Assembly (NCBI RefSeq): GCF_009914755.1 | Contig: NC_060937.1 | DNA length: 64,000 bases | DNA from: the human T2T-CHM13v2.0 reference genome, Homo sapiens | Direction: 5' to 3' (one strand) | Shown here: positions 30,388 through 44,400 of the stretch, piece after piece | Layout: every line of letters begins with the position of its first letter | Position numbering within the stretch: position 1 is the first letter of the stretch | Notes under the pieces: model-generated | What the model saw: the letters and a program-made list of their open reading frames with translations, nothing else | What the model was told of the DNA's origin: nothing | Databases searched by the model: none | Translations under genes and position numbers: made by a program

Positions 30388-31219
30388 GCGGAGGACATGA
30401 ACAGACACTTCTCAAAAGAAGACATTTATGCAGCCAAAAAACACATGAAAAAATGCTCATCATCACTGGCCATCAGAGAAATGCAAATCAAAACCACTAT
30501 GAGATATCATCTCACACCAGTTAGAAGGGCAATCATTAAAAAGTCAGGAAACAACAGGTGCTGGAGAGGATGTGGAGAAATAGGAACACTTTTACACTGT
30601 TGGTGGGACTGTAAACTAGTTCAACCATTGTGGAAGTCAGTGTGGCGATTCCTCAGGGATCTAGAACTAGAAATACCATTTGACCCAGCCATCCCATTAC
30701 TGGGTATATACCCAAATGACTATAAATCATGCTGCTATAAAGACACATGCACACGTATGTTTATTGCGGCATTATTCACAATAGCAAAGACTTGGAACCA
30801 ACCCAAATGTCCAACAATGATAGACTGGATTAAGAAAATGTGGCACATATACACCATGGAATACTATGCAGCCATAAAAAATGATGAGTTCATGTCCTTT
30901 GTAGGGACATGGATGAAATTGGAAACCATCATTCTCAGTAAACTATCGCAAGAACAAAAAACCAAACACCGCATATTCTCACTCGTAGGTGGGAATTGAA
31001 CAATGAGATCACATGGACACAGGAAGGGGAATATCACACTCTGAGGAATGTGGTGGGGAGGGGGGAGGGGGGAGGGATAGCATTGGGAGATATACCTAAT
31101 GCTAGATGACGAGTTAGTGGGTGCAGCGCACCAGCATGGCACATGTATACATATGTAACTAACCTGCACAATGTGCACATGTACCCTAAAACTTAAAGTA
31201 TAATTAAAAAAAAAAAAAA
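30388..31219 (+). mobile_element. Young 5'-truncated L1 (L1PA2-type), ORF2 C-terminus plus 3'UTR and poly-A
   Basis: Uninterrupted 200-aa ORF2 C-terminus (30397-30999). accactatgagatatcat. The 3'UTR has gatgacGAGttag and cttaAagtat, the non-Ta, non-preTa states. Confidence 0.92.
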
Positions 31220-31249
31220 GATTTTTAAAACCGTTTTTTTGGTTCTGCA

Positions 31250-32110
31250 GGCGAAGGCTGTGGCCGCGCTCCCGCCGGCCAGTTCCCAGCAGCAGCTCAT
31301 CGCCCCTGCTCCGCGCCTTCGCTCCAGGCCCGCACGGTCGCAGCCCCGCGGGGATCAGCACTGAGCCGGTCCCGCCGCCGCCCCAGTGTCCGGGCTGCTG
31401 CTGCGGGAAGCCAATCGCCCAGCGCTTGGAGGAGGGCGACGAGGCCTTCCGCGCGAGCGAGTACCAGAAAGCAGTCGGGCTCTTCCGCTCCATGCTGGCC
31501 CGGCTGGCGCAGCCCGACCGCGGCCGGTGCCTGAGGCTGGGGGACGCTCTGACCCGCGCCGGCCGCCTCCCGGTGGCCCTGGGCGCGTTCCGTGTAGCCG
31601 GGAGGCTGGAGGCGCTGCGGCCGGAGGAGCTGGGGGAGCTGGCGGGCGGCCTGGTGTGTCCCGGCCTGCGCGAACGGCCACTGTTGGCGAGGAAGCCGGG
31701 CGGCGAGCTCAAGGCTAGGGAGGGCCGGCCCTGGCGCCCCGCGCGCCCCGCGACCTGCTTGGCTGCCCGCGGCTGCTGCACAAGCCGGTGACACTGCCCT
31801 GCGGGATCACGGTCTGTGAGCGCTGCGTGGAGCTGGGGCCCGCGCGGCCACAGGCGCGGGCGCGGGCGCGTGAACGTAGTGCTGAGCCGCCTGCTGGAGA
31901 GGTTCTTCCCGGCCGAGTGCCCGCTGCGCAGGCTGGAGGGTCAGGCGCGGAGCCTGCAGCGCCAGCAGCAGCCCGAGGCCGCGCTGCTCAGGTGCGACCA
32001 GGCCCTGGAGCTGTGACTTGGCTGTGGGGCTGGCCCGCCTCCCTGACCCCTGTCAAGCCCAGCGGCTGGAGCTAACCCGCGGGCCTGGGCTTTCGAGCGC
32101 TTTGTCCAGG
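31250..32110. promoter_or_regulatory. CpG island over the LONRF2 pseudo-exon
   Basis: Very high GC and CpG density, in sharp contrast to the AT-rich L1 flank. Confidence 0.8.
31354..32013 (+). pseudogene. LONRF2: LONRF2 (LON peptidase N-terminal and RING finger 2) unprocessed pseudogene, first coding exon only
   Basis: Translates to (I)STEPVPPPPQCPG...LEEGDEAFRA...FRSMLARLAQPDRG...PVTLPCG...RVNVVLS...QARSLQRQQQPEAALLRCDQALEL, matching the recalled LONRF2 N-terminus. Start ATG is ATC, there are frameshifts near 31730-31790 and 31855-31870, and it is followed by gtgact and intron-like DNA rather than exon 2. Confidence 0.9.
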
Positions 32111-33504
32111 CGTTGGGGGTCACTTCGTTTACTAATGATGGGAAGGTGAAAGGTGGGGGAGGCCACTCCCTGCAGTCGGGGTGGCAGGTGTCAGAGGCCA
32201 CATGCAACCCACTGGTTTTGTCTTTTCTAGGATGCTGATAAGTTTCCCGCGGCCCCCGGAGCAGCTCTGTAAGGCCCTGTAGTTGCCTTTCGTTCCCTTC
32301 TGCTCTATTGAGGAGTGGGAGGATGACAAAGTGTTTTTGCTCAACCCGAAGGAAAATGCACATGGAAGGACACACTGGGTTATTATTTGAGTAGCCCAGG
32401 CAAGAGACCAGCGGTCTGCTTCAGCCATGAGACCACCTCAGGCCAAAATAGCCTTGTGGTTGTTTTACTTCTTTTCACCAAATGGGTCTTTTTGGGGTTT
32501 GTGGCGTGTCCCATGTAACGATGATCTCTTGGTTCCCCTTTCTCATTCACACCCGGGAGCTGAGGTGGGGTGGGAGAGTGGGGGGGGGAAGGGGAGTGGC
32601 CACCTGCGCCAGGTGTGAGAGAAGCCACACCTGAGACCAGCCCCTCTGTCCTCCTGCCTCTGCATGCAGCGTCCCTGCAGGAGGCAGAAGGGGTGAAAAG
32701 TAGCCTCGATGTGAAAGTGCTTGTGTGTCCCTGAGGGGGGAAGCAAGTCACAGTCAGGGCACTGGTTCCTGTCATTGGGTGCAGTACAAAGAAGGACCCC
32801 AGGACATGCGGTGCAGACGGGAGCACAGAGAGGGTGGGTGCTACTGGGGTGCACAGGCAGCTTGAGGAGGATGGAGATGGCAAACTTCCCTTTGTCACAC
32901 CAGGTCCACGTTCAGGGCCAGAGGACCACCAGATCCCCAAAGCCTCCGGTGCTTCCGAGGCAGAGGAGAGGCAAGGCCGGTGGCCCCCGGCGTCCAGGGA
33001 CCTGGCAGCCACCACTGAGGCCCACCTGCTTGTCCCTCAGCCGGGTGCTCACTGGCAGCCACACTCCCGGTCTCTGGGCTCTGCCCAGGACGTGTGTTTG
33101 GGCTTCTCTCCCCAGCAGAAGTCATCAGCGTACCCTCTGCATCCCACGGATTTGCTTCGTTTCTGAGGGAATAATTAAGGAATGTTAGTATGATATCAGA
33201 AAATAGCTAATTATGGTGAAGAGCTAACAGGGCAATCTGGGAAGTTGTGGAGCTCTAGTTAGTGATGACAGAAGAGGAACATATTTGACTGTTTTGTGCT
33301 ACACCCAGGTTCTCAGGAGGTGGCCAGGGAGGAGACTTGGCACTGTGCCATGCTCAGAGCCCCTGGCCCCAGGGACTGTTTCCCTGTGGGAGTTTGGATG
33401 AGAGGCAGTTGGCTGGGAAGCTCAGGATGGAGTGAGGAAGGAGAACGACTTGAGGTGCTTGGGTTGGAAAGATCTAGTACCCCAGGAGGGACTGGCTGTG
33501 GCCT

Positions 33505-33830
33505 GCACACACCCCAAACTCACACACTCTGTCATGCTCACACAGACACACACACTCATACTCATAGGTCCAAGCTCACACACCACACTCACATGGCTTA
33601 TTCACACACTTACACATATTAACACACATACACACTTATATTTACACATCCACACGCAGTTATATTCCACATACACACTCATACTGCCAAGTTCAAACAC
33701 CACTATCACACATTTCTTCACATTCACACAATAACTCACATACACACTCTCACACTTGTACACACTCACCTACCCACTCTCCATTACACACATTTACCTG
33801 TCCGTTCTCACACACATGCACAAACACAAA
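33505..33830. repeat. Degenerate (CA)n low-complexity tract
   Basis: cacacact/cacata mosaics over ~320 bp. Confidence 0.9.
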
Positions 33831-34769
33831 GCCAAATTAGAGCCATTTTCCTGGTCCCACACACACAAAAATGATACCTCAGTTTCTTGGTCTTGACCAC
33901 AATTGGGCGCATGATTCCATCCAACCAACAAGGTGGGGCGGGAATGAAATCCTATCACGTCCTCAGGCCGTGGAGAAAAAAAAACTATGTCAGGCCTCTC
34001 TAATGCCTCCCACAAATGGGCAGGAGGGATTGAAACAGAAAAGGGGTTCCTCCTGACATGTGGCATTGATGGAGCCCGGTTCTGCCTCATGCCAAGCCCT
34101 GCCTTGTCCCTCAATGATGGAAAATGGTTGTGTGTCTTGTTTCTTAGCCTCCAACTCTGTCTTGGTACAGAGTAGAGACTTGAGTCTCAGTTCCAAAGAC
34201 AGGAGTCCTGCTGAGCTGACCCGCCCACTGACAGATGAAGTCTTGCCATCTGCTGACCAAGTTCCCCAAGGCCCCTTGAGACTCAACTTCTGAAGAGGGT
34301 CTGCTCAGAATTCCCCGTCCCCATGATCTGCCCGGCTGTCGGGACACTGGTGAGCCTGCTCTGTGGGGAGTCCCTTTTCAGCTCAGTCAGCAAGCGGCTC
34401 TTCTCTATAAAGAGGCAGGGGATGAACCTCCTCTCTAGTTTTAGCAGCAGAGGCCATGAGACCCATGGCAGAGGCCAGAGCTGTGCAGGCTGTAGGAGGT
34501 ACCATGTCAGGGATTTCAAACGGAGGAAGGTACTTTCCAGAGAGTACTGCAGGGAACCAAGCCATATCCACCGTAGCTGCAATAAAAACTCTGAGGCTCA
34601 GCTTAAACTCAATCCTAGAAATGAAGTCCCAGCACAAGCTTTGCAGGATAAGCAAAATCTAGAGAAGAGAAAATGCAGACCCAGGCAACGATAAACATAA
34701 GTCATCTTGACACCACGGAGCAGATACAGTGCCTTCTCCACGTGCGGTGAATGAGGTTCTCACGTCTGT

Positions 34770-35035
34770 TAGTGTGTGGAATTGAACATCAATATCAGAA
34801 TCATTCTGTGTTACCTACAGCTGATTTTATGTTGTTATGCCTGTCACCTGATGAATGTGTATCTTTAGCCAACCTTTTCACCCCAAAGCTCCTGCCCCAA
34901 CCCCTCCTCCTGGAAGTGCCCATCTCTGGTCTCAGCAGGAGGCTGTTCTTCCCAGCCTGTGGGGTGGCCTTGCAGGCTGTAACCCTCTACAAGAAATAAA
35001 GTCTTCTCTCCTTTTCCAAATTTCGATATTTGCTT
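34770..35035 (+). mobile_element. ERV1-class LTR 3' fragment (family uncertain)
   Basis: gcaggctgtaaccctctacaagaaataaagtcttctctccttttccaaattt is an LTR-like poly-A signal and U5. Confidence 0.55.
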
Positions 35036-36769
35036 AATCCTTAGCTTCTATTTTTTCAGGCTTTTAAACTGCTTTTAGGTCATGGCCTCTTCTCTGTAGG
35101 GTCTGGAGGCTGACAGATGTCCAGCAGGAAAGAGCTGCTAACTAATTCCAGTAGCGCTGCTCTTCTGCCTAACGGAGGTGTTTAAATGTTGATTTTGGCA
35201 AAATCTATGAGCAGGTTGCTCCCCCTCTCCCGAGATCTCTCACAATACTTTGTAAAACCCAATTTAGCGCATCGTCTGTGAGAGCAGCTTTTACTGGTTC
35301 TGCAGCGATCTTCCTTACTCATAATCTATTGAAATGTTGTAAAGTGATGCAGATTTGTGGCATGTGAGGAGAGCATGTAGACACACACTCTGCTGTGATT
35401 CAAAGTGCCCTAACACCTTCCTCTCCCCTACAGGTTGTGATGGGAGGGTGCTCTGGGTCACTGAGGAAGGGGAGTCATAAAGGAGCAGAGGCCCCCCGTC
35501 GTGAGTGCCATCTGACCTTGAGTGTGGCCTCTTGTTCTAGCCCACAGGCCCACCATGGTCTGACTAAATGCTGGCACTGCTCATACATCCACTTTTAAAA
35601 ATTGAGTTGAACATGAGAACATGATCATTCATATTTTATCCACTTGCATGTATTCAATAACATCCTTTCCCTGTTCTCGTCTCTGCTTTACCGCCTTTTT
35701 CTTTAAAGAATGAATGTTTCCATGTTTTATATCCACAGAATTTCTGGTTTTTCCCTTTGGAGCCCAAGAAGCAAGGGCAGAATGAGGAACATGATGTTTC
35801 TTACAGACAGTTACTCATGAGGCCGCAGCACAGAAACTGCAAGAAATGTCAGTCATAAAGTGTCCCAGTGCATTTTAAATTGATGATTACTAAAATCCTT
35901 CTTTATCTATAGGGGATCTAAAAAATTAAACAACTCATAATTTAAACACGGTTGCCAGGTAGCCGGAGTCAAAAATCAGGAGAGGCTCTGTGGTCTGAAG
36001 TCTCCTAGTGCTCACCTTGATGAGGGTCTAGTTGCCTAACGGGTTGGTGTAATGATGTCATTCAACACAAGCAAAACACAACTCCCTTGGAGTTGTTCAA
36101 AAAATCAGGAAATAGAAAAAAAATAAGGGAGAATAAAATATTGACAGGAGAGAAAAATGAAGAGTTACTTGGAGATTTGAAGGAGGTGAAATGGGCAAAA
36201 AGTAAATTTAGCAATTAGAATTTAAAGTCAGTGGATAATTAAGTTGAATAATTTATTCTTATGTCCATGTACTTTGGTTTTAAAGTTTTGATTAATACTC
36301 ATTCAACACTAATTTCTAACAAATTAAAACATTTCCACATTGTCTATTTTTACCAGTGAGCTTGTAATAAAGATCCGCTAGTAATTTTAGTACACCATAA
36401 CCTTTCAAAAGAAGCCCATAGAATAAACTAATTTTTAAAGAGTCACATTTTATTCAATGTTTATTTATACATGTTACTAGCAATAAACTCTTTTATCTTT
36501 AATTTTGAGAAGCTTTACAAATACAGAAAAGTAGAATGACTAATAGAGCCGGTAGCCAGGACTCAGATTGGAAAAATAGGTCTAATCGGTTGTTACACTG
36601 TGTTTATGTCATACATTTCATTTATTTTTATCAAATAAAAATTAGAATTTATAAAATGTTGATTAAAAGGAAAACATTCTGAGTAAAGTTTAGTCCCATG
36701 TTTCTTCCTCCAAATCTCTTTGTTCTACATTAACAGGTAAGGATAAGTATGGATGGGGAGGCTGGAAAA

Positions 36770-37660
36770 GGGGCATCCTTCCCCATGCGGTCCCCAGAGC
36801 CACCTTCTCCAAGCAGGACTTGGGGAACATCCTTCTCCATCCAGGACCTAGGGGGCATCCTTTCTCCACCCAGGACCTGAGGGGTGTCCTCCACCCAGGA
36901 CTTGGGAGATGTCTTATCTACCCAGGACTTGAAGGGGATCCTATTCCATTCAGGAGTGGGGGAAATTCTTCTTCAACTGGACTTGGGGGGCATCCTTCCC
37001 CATTTAGGACTTTGGGGGCATCCTTCTCCATTTAGGACTTGGGGGGCATCCTTCTTCATCCAGGACTAGGGGGTTATCCTTCTTCATTCAGGACTGGGGG
37101 TTGTCCTTCTCCATGTAGAACTAGGGGCATCCTTCTCCATTCAGGAATTGGGGAGCATCCCTCTCCATCCAGGACTTGGGGGACATCTTTTTCCATCCAG
37201 TAACTAGGGGGCATCCTTCTCCATCCAGGACTGAGGGGGGCATCCTTCTCCACTCAGGAATTGGGGGGCATCCTTTTCCATCCAGGACTTGGAGTCCATC
37301 CAGGACTTGGAGGACCGTCTTTCTCCATCCAGGATTTGGGGGACATCATTTTCCATCCAGTAACTAGGGGGTATCCTTCTCCATCAAGGACTAGGGGGCA
37401 TCCTTCTCCATCCAGGACTGGGGGGCATCCTTCTCCATCCCGGAATTGGGGTCATCCTTCTCCATCCAGGACTTGGGGAACATCTTTTATCATCCAGTAA
37501 CTAGGGGGCATCCATCTCCATCCAGGACTGAGGGGGGCATCCTTCTCCATCTGGGACTGGGGGGCATCCTTCTCCATCTAGGACTGGGGGGCATCCTTCT
37601 CCATCCAGTATTGGGGGTCATCCTCCTCCATCCAGGACCTAAGGGGTGTCCTTTTCTGTG
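36770..37660. repeat. ~27-bp minisatellite (GGGGGCATCCTTCTCCATCCAGGACT[T/A/G]), roughly 30 copies
   Basis: Direct tandem repeats visible. Variant units containing ccagtaactag at ~37197, 37357 and 37494. Confidence 0.95.
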
Positions 37661-38374
37661 CTTCCTTGGATGGCAGCCTTTCCTGTGCAGTCATTCGGAA
37701 AGTCAGGCTGACACATGTTGTCGTCTTGAACTCTGGGTGAATCCCTTCATGTTTATAGTGATTTACCATTAAATCACTGTGCCGTTTTTTCCTAAACTAT
37801 ATGGGGCGTGTTTTTTGTTTTGAGTTATGTTAGTCCTTTGGTCCCTAGCTCCAGTTTTTTGTAATTTCTTTTGCAACCTAATATGCGTCCCATTTGGTAA
37901 GTATTACATATACTAGAAAGTGATGTATATTCAGCATTTGTTGTGATTTTAAAACCTTTTATAAACACATAACATCTTTGTATATTTCCCGTTTAAATTC
38001 AGAAGTATGAGTTCCAGCGTCCCTCTCTAGACCTGCTCTATCCTGTTAGTTTCTTTGTATGTCCTGGAGGCGAGGCCAGCATTGGACTTGACATTGCTTC
38101 ACCTACTCGGTTCTATTGTCCATCCATGTGCAGTGTCTATCCTGTTGTTTATTATTTCTTCCTTAAATTTTATTTGAACTAAAATTAATTTTGTGATAGC
38201 AGGTTGCTTTCTGTGAATATTTACTTAAAATTTTTATAAAATTTTTATTTTTTTATTTCTTTAATTTGAAAGTGCTGCTTTGTTATTGATAATTTTGTAT
38301 TTTAATATATGACGTTAATCCCTCTATGTTTGGTAGGAAAAAGTGATATATTTGAACTTATTTCTATCATTTGA

Positions 38375-39900
<1,526 letters not shown>

Positions 39901-41424
39901 GTACCATCTAACATATTATTATATCCAGTTGTGTCAAATCTGTCATCGGCCATAGAACCCTTTGACAGGTGCTTCTTGTTACTTCAATTCTAAGTATTTC
40001 ATAGTCTTCAAAGACATGGAGAAGTAGCAGTGCTAGTAACAGTACTAGTAAAACCAGGTTAAGCCCTAAAATAATTAAGAAGCCATTGCATGCACACACA
40101 TGAATGTTTGACTTCAGCTAAAATGCTTTCAAATGTACTATTCTATCTTTATACAAGGCCATAACACAAATTAAAATTTTAAAAATACTTTCACTTTACG
40201 TATGTGAAAACTGCAGCTCAAAGAATTTAAAAGACATGACTGAAATCCCATAACCAGGTAAAGATGGTCTAATCTGGAGCCCGCATGTCTCGGTCCCCCC
40301 ACGCCCTGTTACAGAGAGTGCGAGGCTTCACCAGGAAGCTCTTTCGGCTCAAGGATTAGCTCTGGGGAAGTGCAGCAGGCAGGCCTGCTTTGCAACCTTT
40401 TTTCCAGCAGAAATCCAATGTTTGTTCACATTTCTAGTTCTTTTTGTTTTGTTTTGTTTCTTATCAGTATGGCTCTGGGAGTTATTTACAAAATTTAATT
40501 TTAAAAGTGACAGTCCGCATCATTAGGGTTCCTTGGAAACTTATGAAAAAAATAAATAAATACTGGTAGATAAGAAATTTCTGCAAAATTGTTAGTTATA
40601 TGTGTAATATATCTAATCGTAACTAAAGAAACATGTGTATTACAGTAATAATTTAATTTATTATTGTCATTTTCTTGCCAGATATGAGGGCATTTTTTTA
40701 AGCTCTCCACATGTGGTTTACTGTGGACCAAACACTGGCAGCTTCAGGCTTACAATGTGCTGACAAATCCTTCTTAGTTCGTTCACTTTGAAGAATGTGA
40801 GCATGCACTGTTCATGTGCCTGGCAAGCATGTAACCTGCTCAGGAGAAGGACAGTGTCCACTCAGGTCATCAGGTGAACTTGTGATGAGGCCATCAAGAG
40901 GCTGCACGTGTGCTCCAGAAAATGAAATTCCCACTATCAACCTATTTTCCATTTCCACCCAATGGCCCGCCCCTGCTCCAAAGCCATGTCTCCACCTCTT
41001 AGGAATGCTTGATTTTCAGCATTGCTGAACAGGGGTCAAAGAAAACAAACTGAACAAACAAACAAATGAAGCCTTTAACCCGGGAGCAAAGACACAGCAC
41101 CTCCCCACTCCACAACAGCTCCAGAGCTGCACAGCTGCTGCCAGAGCCTGAGCACAGGCCTGAGCTCTGGCCCATGGATCTCACCAATGCATTTCTTTTC
41201 CGTGCCAAAAAAAGTATCCATAAATGGGATTCATTTACTTGGGACATAAAATAATGTATACCTATAGTTTTCTCCCAGAACTGTGTAAACCGGCATGCTG
41301 TCTGCCACAATACAGTCCTCACCCTGCATCAGGAGCTCAGATGGGGGAAGCCAGCAGGGCTGCAGGCCTGAGAGTCACAGGTGCTTGGAGGGGAGAGAAA
41401 AGCACCACAGAGAGCCAGGCCCTG

Positions 41425-44400
41425 CCTACAAGTCACATTTTTAGGGGTCTAGTGGTCTGGGCAGGCTGGGAGATGCTCTCTAAAGGAAAGGCAAGAAATA
41501 TTGCCCAACGTCTCCCACCACAAACAGAAAGTGCAGGTGGTCAGCCCCAGGGCTCACCTGCCCTTTGCCAGGGTCACGAGTCAGGCCCAGGCTGCACCCT
41601 CCACACAATCCTCAAGGAGAGTTCCTGCCAGGCTGGGACAACTGCACCGGGACCTGATGCCCTGGGAAGGACAGGGTTGCATTTAACAGAAACAGTTAAA
41701 CCTGAAAGGATGAGCTTGCTTTTCCCCGGGGCCATCGGATGGTTTATAGAAAGTTCTGCCCATCAGGACAAGACCTCACATGACACCATCAGAGGAACTG
41801 ATTTCACACCACAGAGGGAGGAAGAGGGCACATGCAGTAGGTCCACTGGTCACAGCACACACATGCTCCTGGGAGCTTCAGACCCAGCAGTGTGGCTCAG
41901 GTGCCAGGTCAGGATGTGGGAGGACACAGTGTCTGCAGGAATCTGTCACCTTTGCTAGCTGTCTTGTCCCACTAGGTAGAAGATGTGGCAATGAGAGCAC
42001 AGCTGTAGGAAGCCCAGTGTCCCCCAACCTTCCACATCACACCCAGGACCTCTGAGGTGCATCTATATCTGCATATCTAGGTTCTGAAAAGCAGGAGGTC
42101 CTGGTTTCCACAGCTGTGGGGCTTCTAGCCAGGGCAGGGCCAGGTTCTCTGAAAAAACAAGCTCTGGGTGCTGCTTTGTCCTCAGGCTGCTCCTCCATGG
42201 GACCTGCGGGCAGAAAAATGGGTACCACCTGGACCATGGTGTCAGCAGGAGCAGAGCTGTGCTGCCTGGGGAAGGAGGGGCTCCACACAAGTACCTCCCA
42301 GTACACAGCATTTGATGGCATGTGGACAAGTGCAGGAGCCCTAGACCAAGGACTCTGAGGTGAGCAAGGCTGAGGGCCCCTTAGGGGTGAGGGCCTGGGT
42401 TACACCACCAGGGGGTCACCAGGACCCTCAGCAGAAGGTGGAGGGGGTGGTGATCATTACCTGTGTGACCCTGAGGTGGGTGGCAGCCACAGAACCTAGG
42501 GTTCATTGAAACCCCTTTTGTAACTAGTGCCCAGAAAAAGGCCTAGAATTTAATAAAGACAAGGCCCGTGGCAGTGCAGTGCTGGATGGGGCGCACCCCC
42601 TGGGGCACACCTGAACCTCCCCCAGGGCCTTGGCTGTGAGCTTTGATTGTAGACACACTTATGCCACAGCCCCTTCAGACTGCTCCCTTCACCTCTGAAA
42701 AATCAGACAGGATGCTTCTGTTCCTGGAAACATGAATGCCCTTCGTGTGTTTTTTACTTTGACTAGAAACACATCTGCAACCGAAATATATGCAGAGACC
42801 TCGTGTGCTCCCAAGGTTTCCAGGCATCTCTGAGTTTGCTTCTCAGTTCCCAGAAGGTGTGACAGCTCCAAAGCATGTGCTTCTGGTTTCTCATCTCAGT
42901 GTATTTTAGTTCCCTGTGGACAGCATGTTTCTAACCCCCTTGCACACTCTTGGATCAGATTTTTGAAAAAGCCAAGGGTGGGAGGCAGAATGATGTGGAA
43001 TGGGCAAAAACCATGAGTAAAGGCTGGCCTCACCCCAGGAGGAGACAGAAGGCATTAGCCCAGTGACAGTGCCAGGGAACCCATGCGGCAGCCTAGGGAA
43101 GGTCAGGGAATGGAGCTGGGGCTTCGGCTGTCGCCATCCCAGAGTTAGACTCAGCCAGGTGAACAGCTGATTCTCCTCCACAGAACCCTTCGGCTGGCAC
43201 AAAACATGCGATTCACAGCGAGAGAAAGACCACTCATGTCCACCCCCTGCAGCCTCCACACACCTGAGCCCGTACCTGACATATCCCAGAACAAGACTCC
43301 ACAGCTATGCATCTGTTCTCTCCAGGGCATTTCATGATGAGAGAGGGATTTACTTAACATGATGAAAATAGAAGAGGAAATGACCTTGACAAGTACATAG
43401 TTCCACACCCGCCATCCAGGGCCTAGGAATAGTGCTCAGCCAGGGCCCGGCCCTTCTAGGGCTCTTGGAAGCTGCAGTGGAGGTGGTGTTGGGACAAGCA
43501 AGAGTGACCATTTGCAGGCAGTGTGGGCACCAGGCCATCTGCAGGGGAAAAGCCCAGTGGGAGGATGAGAGGATAGCAGAAACCTGGCAGGGGCTATGCA
43601 CCCCCCACCGTGGGAAGGGGATACACTCCCAGGTGGAGCCACTGTTTACATTGAAATCACTCAAGTCCATCACCAGGAAACACAAAGGGGATTGTCTTGC
43701 CAGAGATTAGTGATCTGGGACTTAAACAAAATGCCAGTCAGCAAATGAGAGGATTCTTAGTTCCACAGGCCTCATGTCTATAGTTGCAGTAAGCAAGACT
43801 GAACTCAGCCATGCTCACCTGCAGACACTGAGATGCTTGCTAGGAGGCTGTGGGGTGGAATACAAGACACGAGGGCTGACAAGGATGGGAAGAGCATCCC
43901 TTTCCTGGCTAGGGGCCTTGGCCAATTCAAAAATAGATAACATGGGGTCTCAGAGCTCCTGAGGCAAGAGCTACGTAGGCATTCAGAGATACCTGGATGA
44001 TGGCATTGTCTTCAGTAGAACCTTGAAAAAGCACCAGGGACTCCCAGGCAACTTAGCTTAAATCTCTCTCGAGTAGAGCTGGTCTTTGGGATCTCCATCA
44101 AGTGGATGATGCCTTTACCACCATGATAGCACATTATAAAGTTGGCCTTGCAAGCAGCAGGGACAGGCCTGATGTCACTGATCCTGAGGCAAGCATCTTA
44201 TAAACCCATATAATTTAATTTTGCGTAGGCTCAAGCTCATCACTGAGATCATCCTTTGTATGACGATCCATGAGGCCACCGTGAACAGCATGGATGGACC
44301 CAGGCCATGGAGGGGCCCTCTTCATCCTGGATGAGGAGCCCACAGTGTCCATTGCCCCTCAGTCAGAATAAAATCAAGACAAAAGCAATCAGAAGACCCA

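Noticed and set aside
30397-30999. Intact 200-aa ORF
   Set aside because: It is the C-terminus of L1 ORF2 in a 5'-truncated young insertion, not a host gene.
31050-31078. G-quadruplex-like G-tract
   Set aside because: Standard feature of the L1PA 3'UTR.
30864-31794. Long minus-strand ORFs (305, 165 and 108 aa)
   Set aside because: Antisense readings of the GC-rich LONRF2 pseudo-exon running into the L1 3'UTR. Stop scarcity is explained by GC content.
32383-33188. 110-210 aa ORFs downstream of the LONRF2 exon
   Set aside because: No similarity to later LONRF2 exons or any protein I recognise. GC-rich with overlapping frames on both strands.
37446-37772. ORF with LHLGLGGIL repeats
   Set aside because: Artefact of the 27-bp minisatellite. 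The frame shifts between units.
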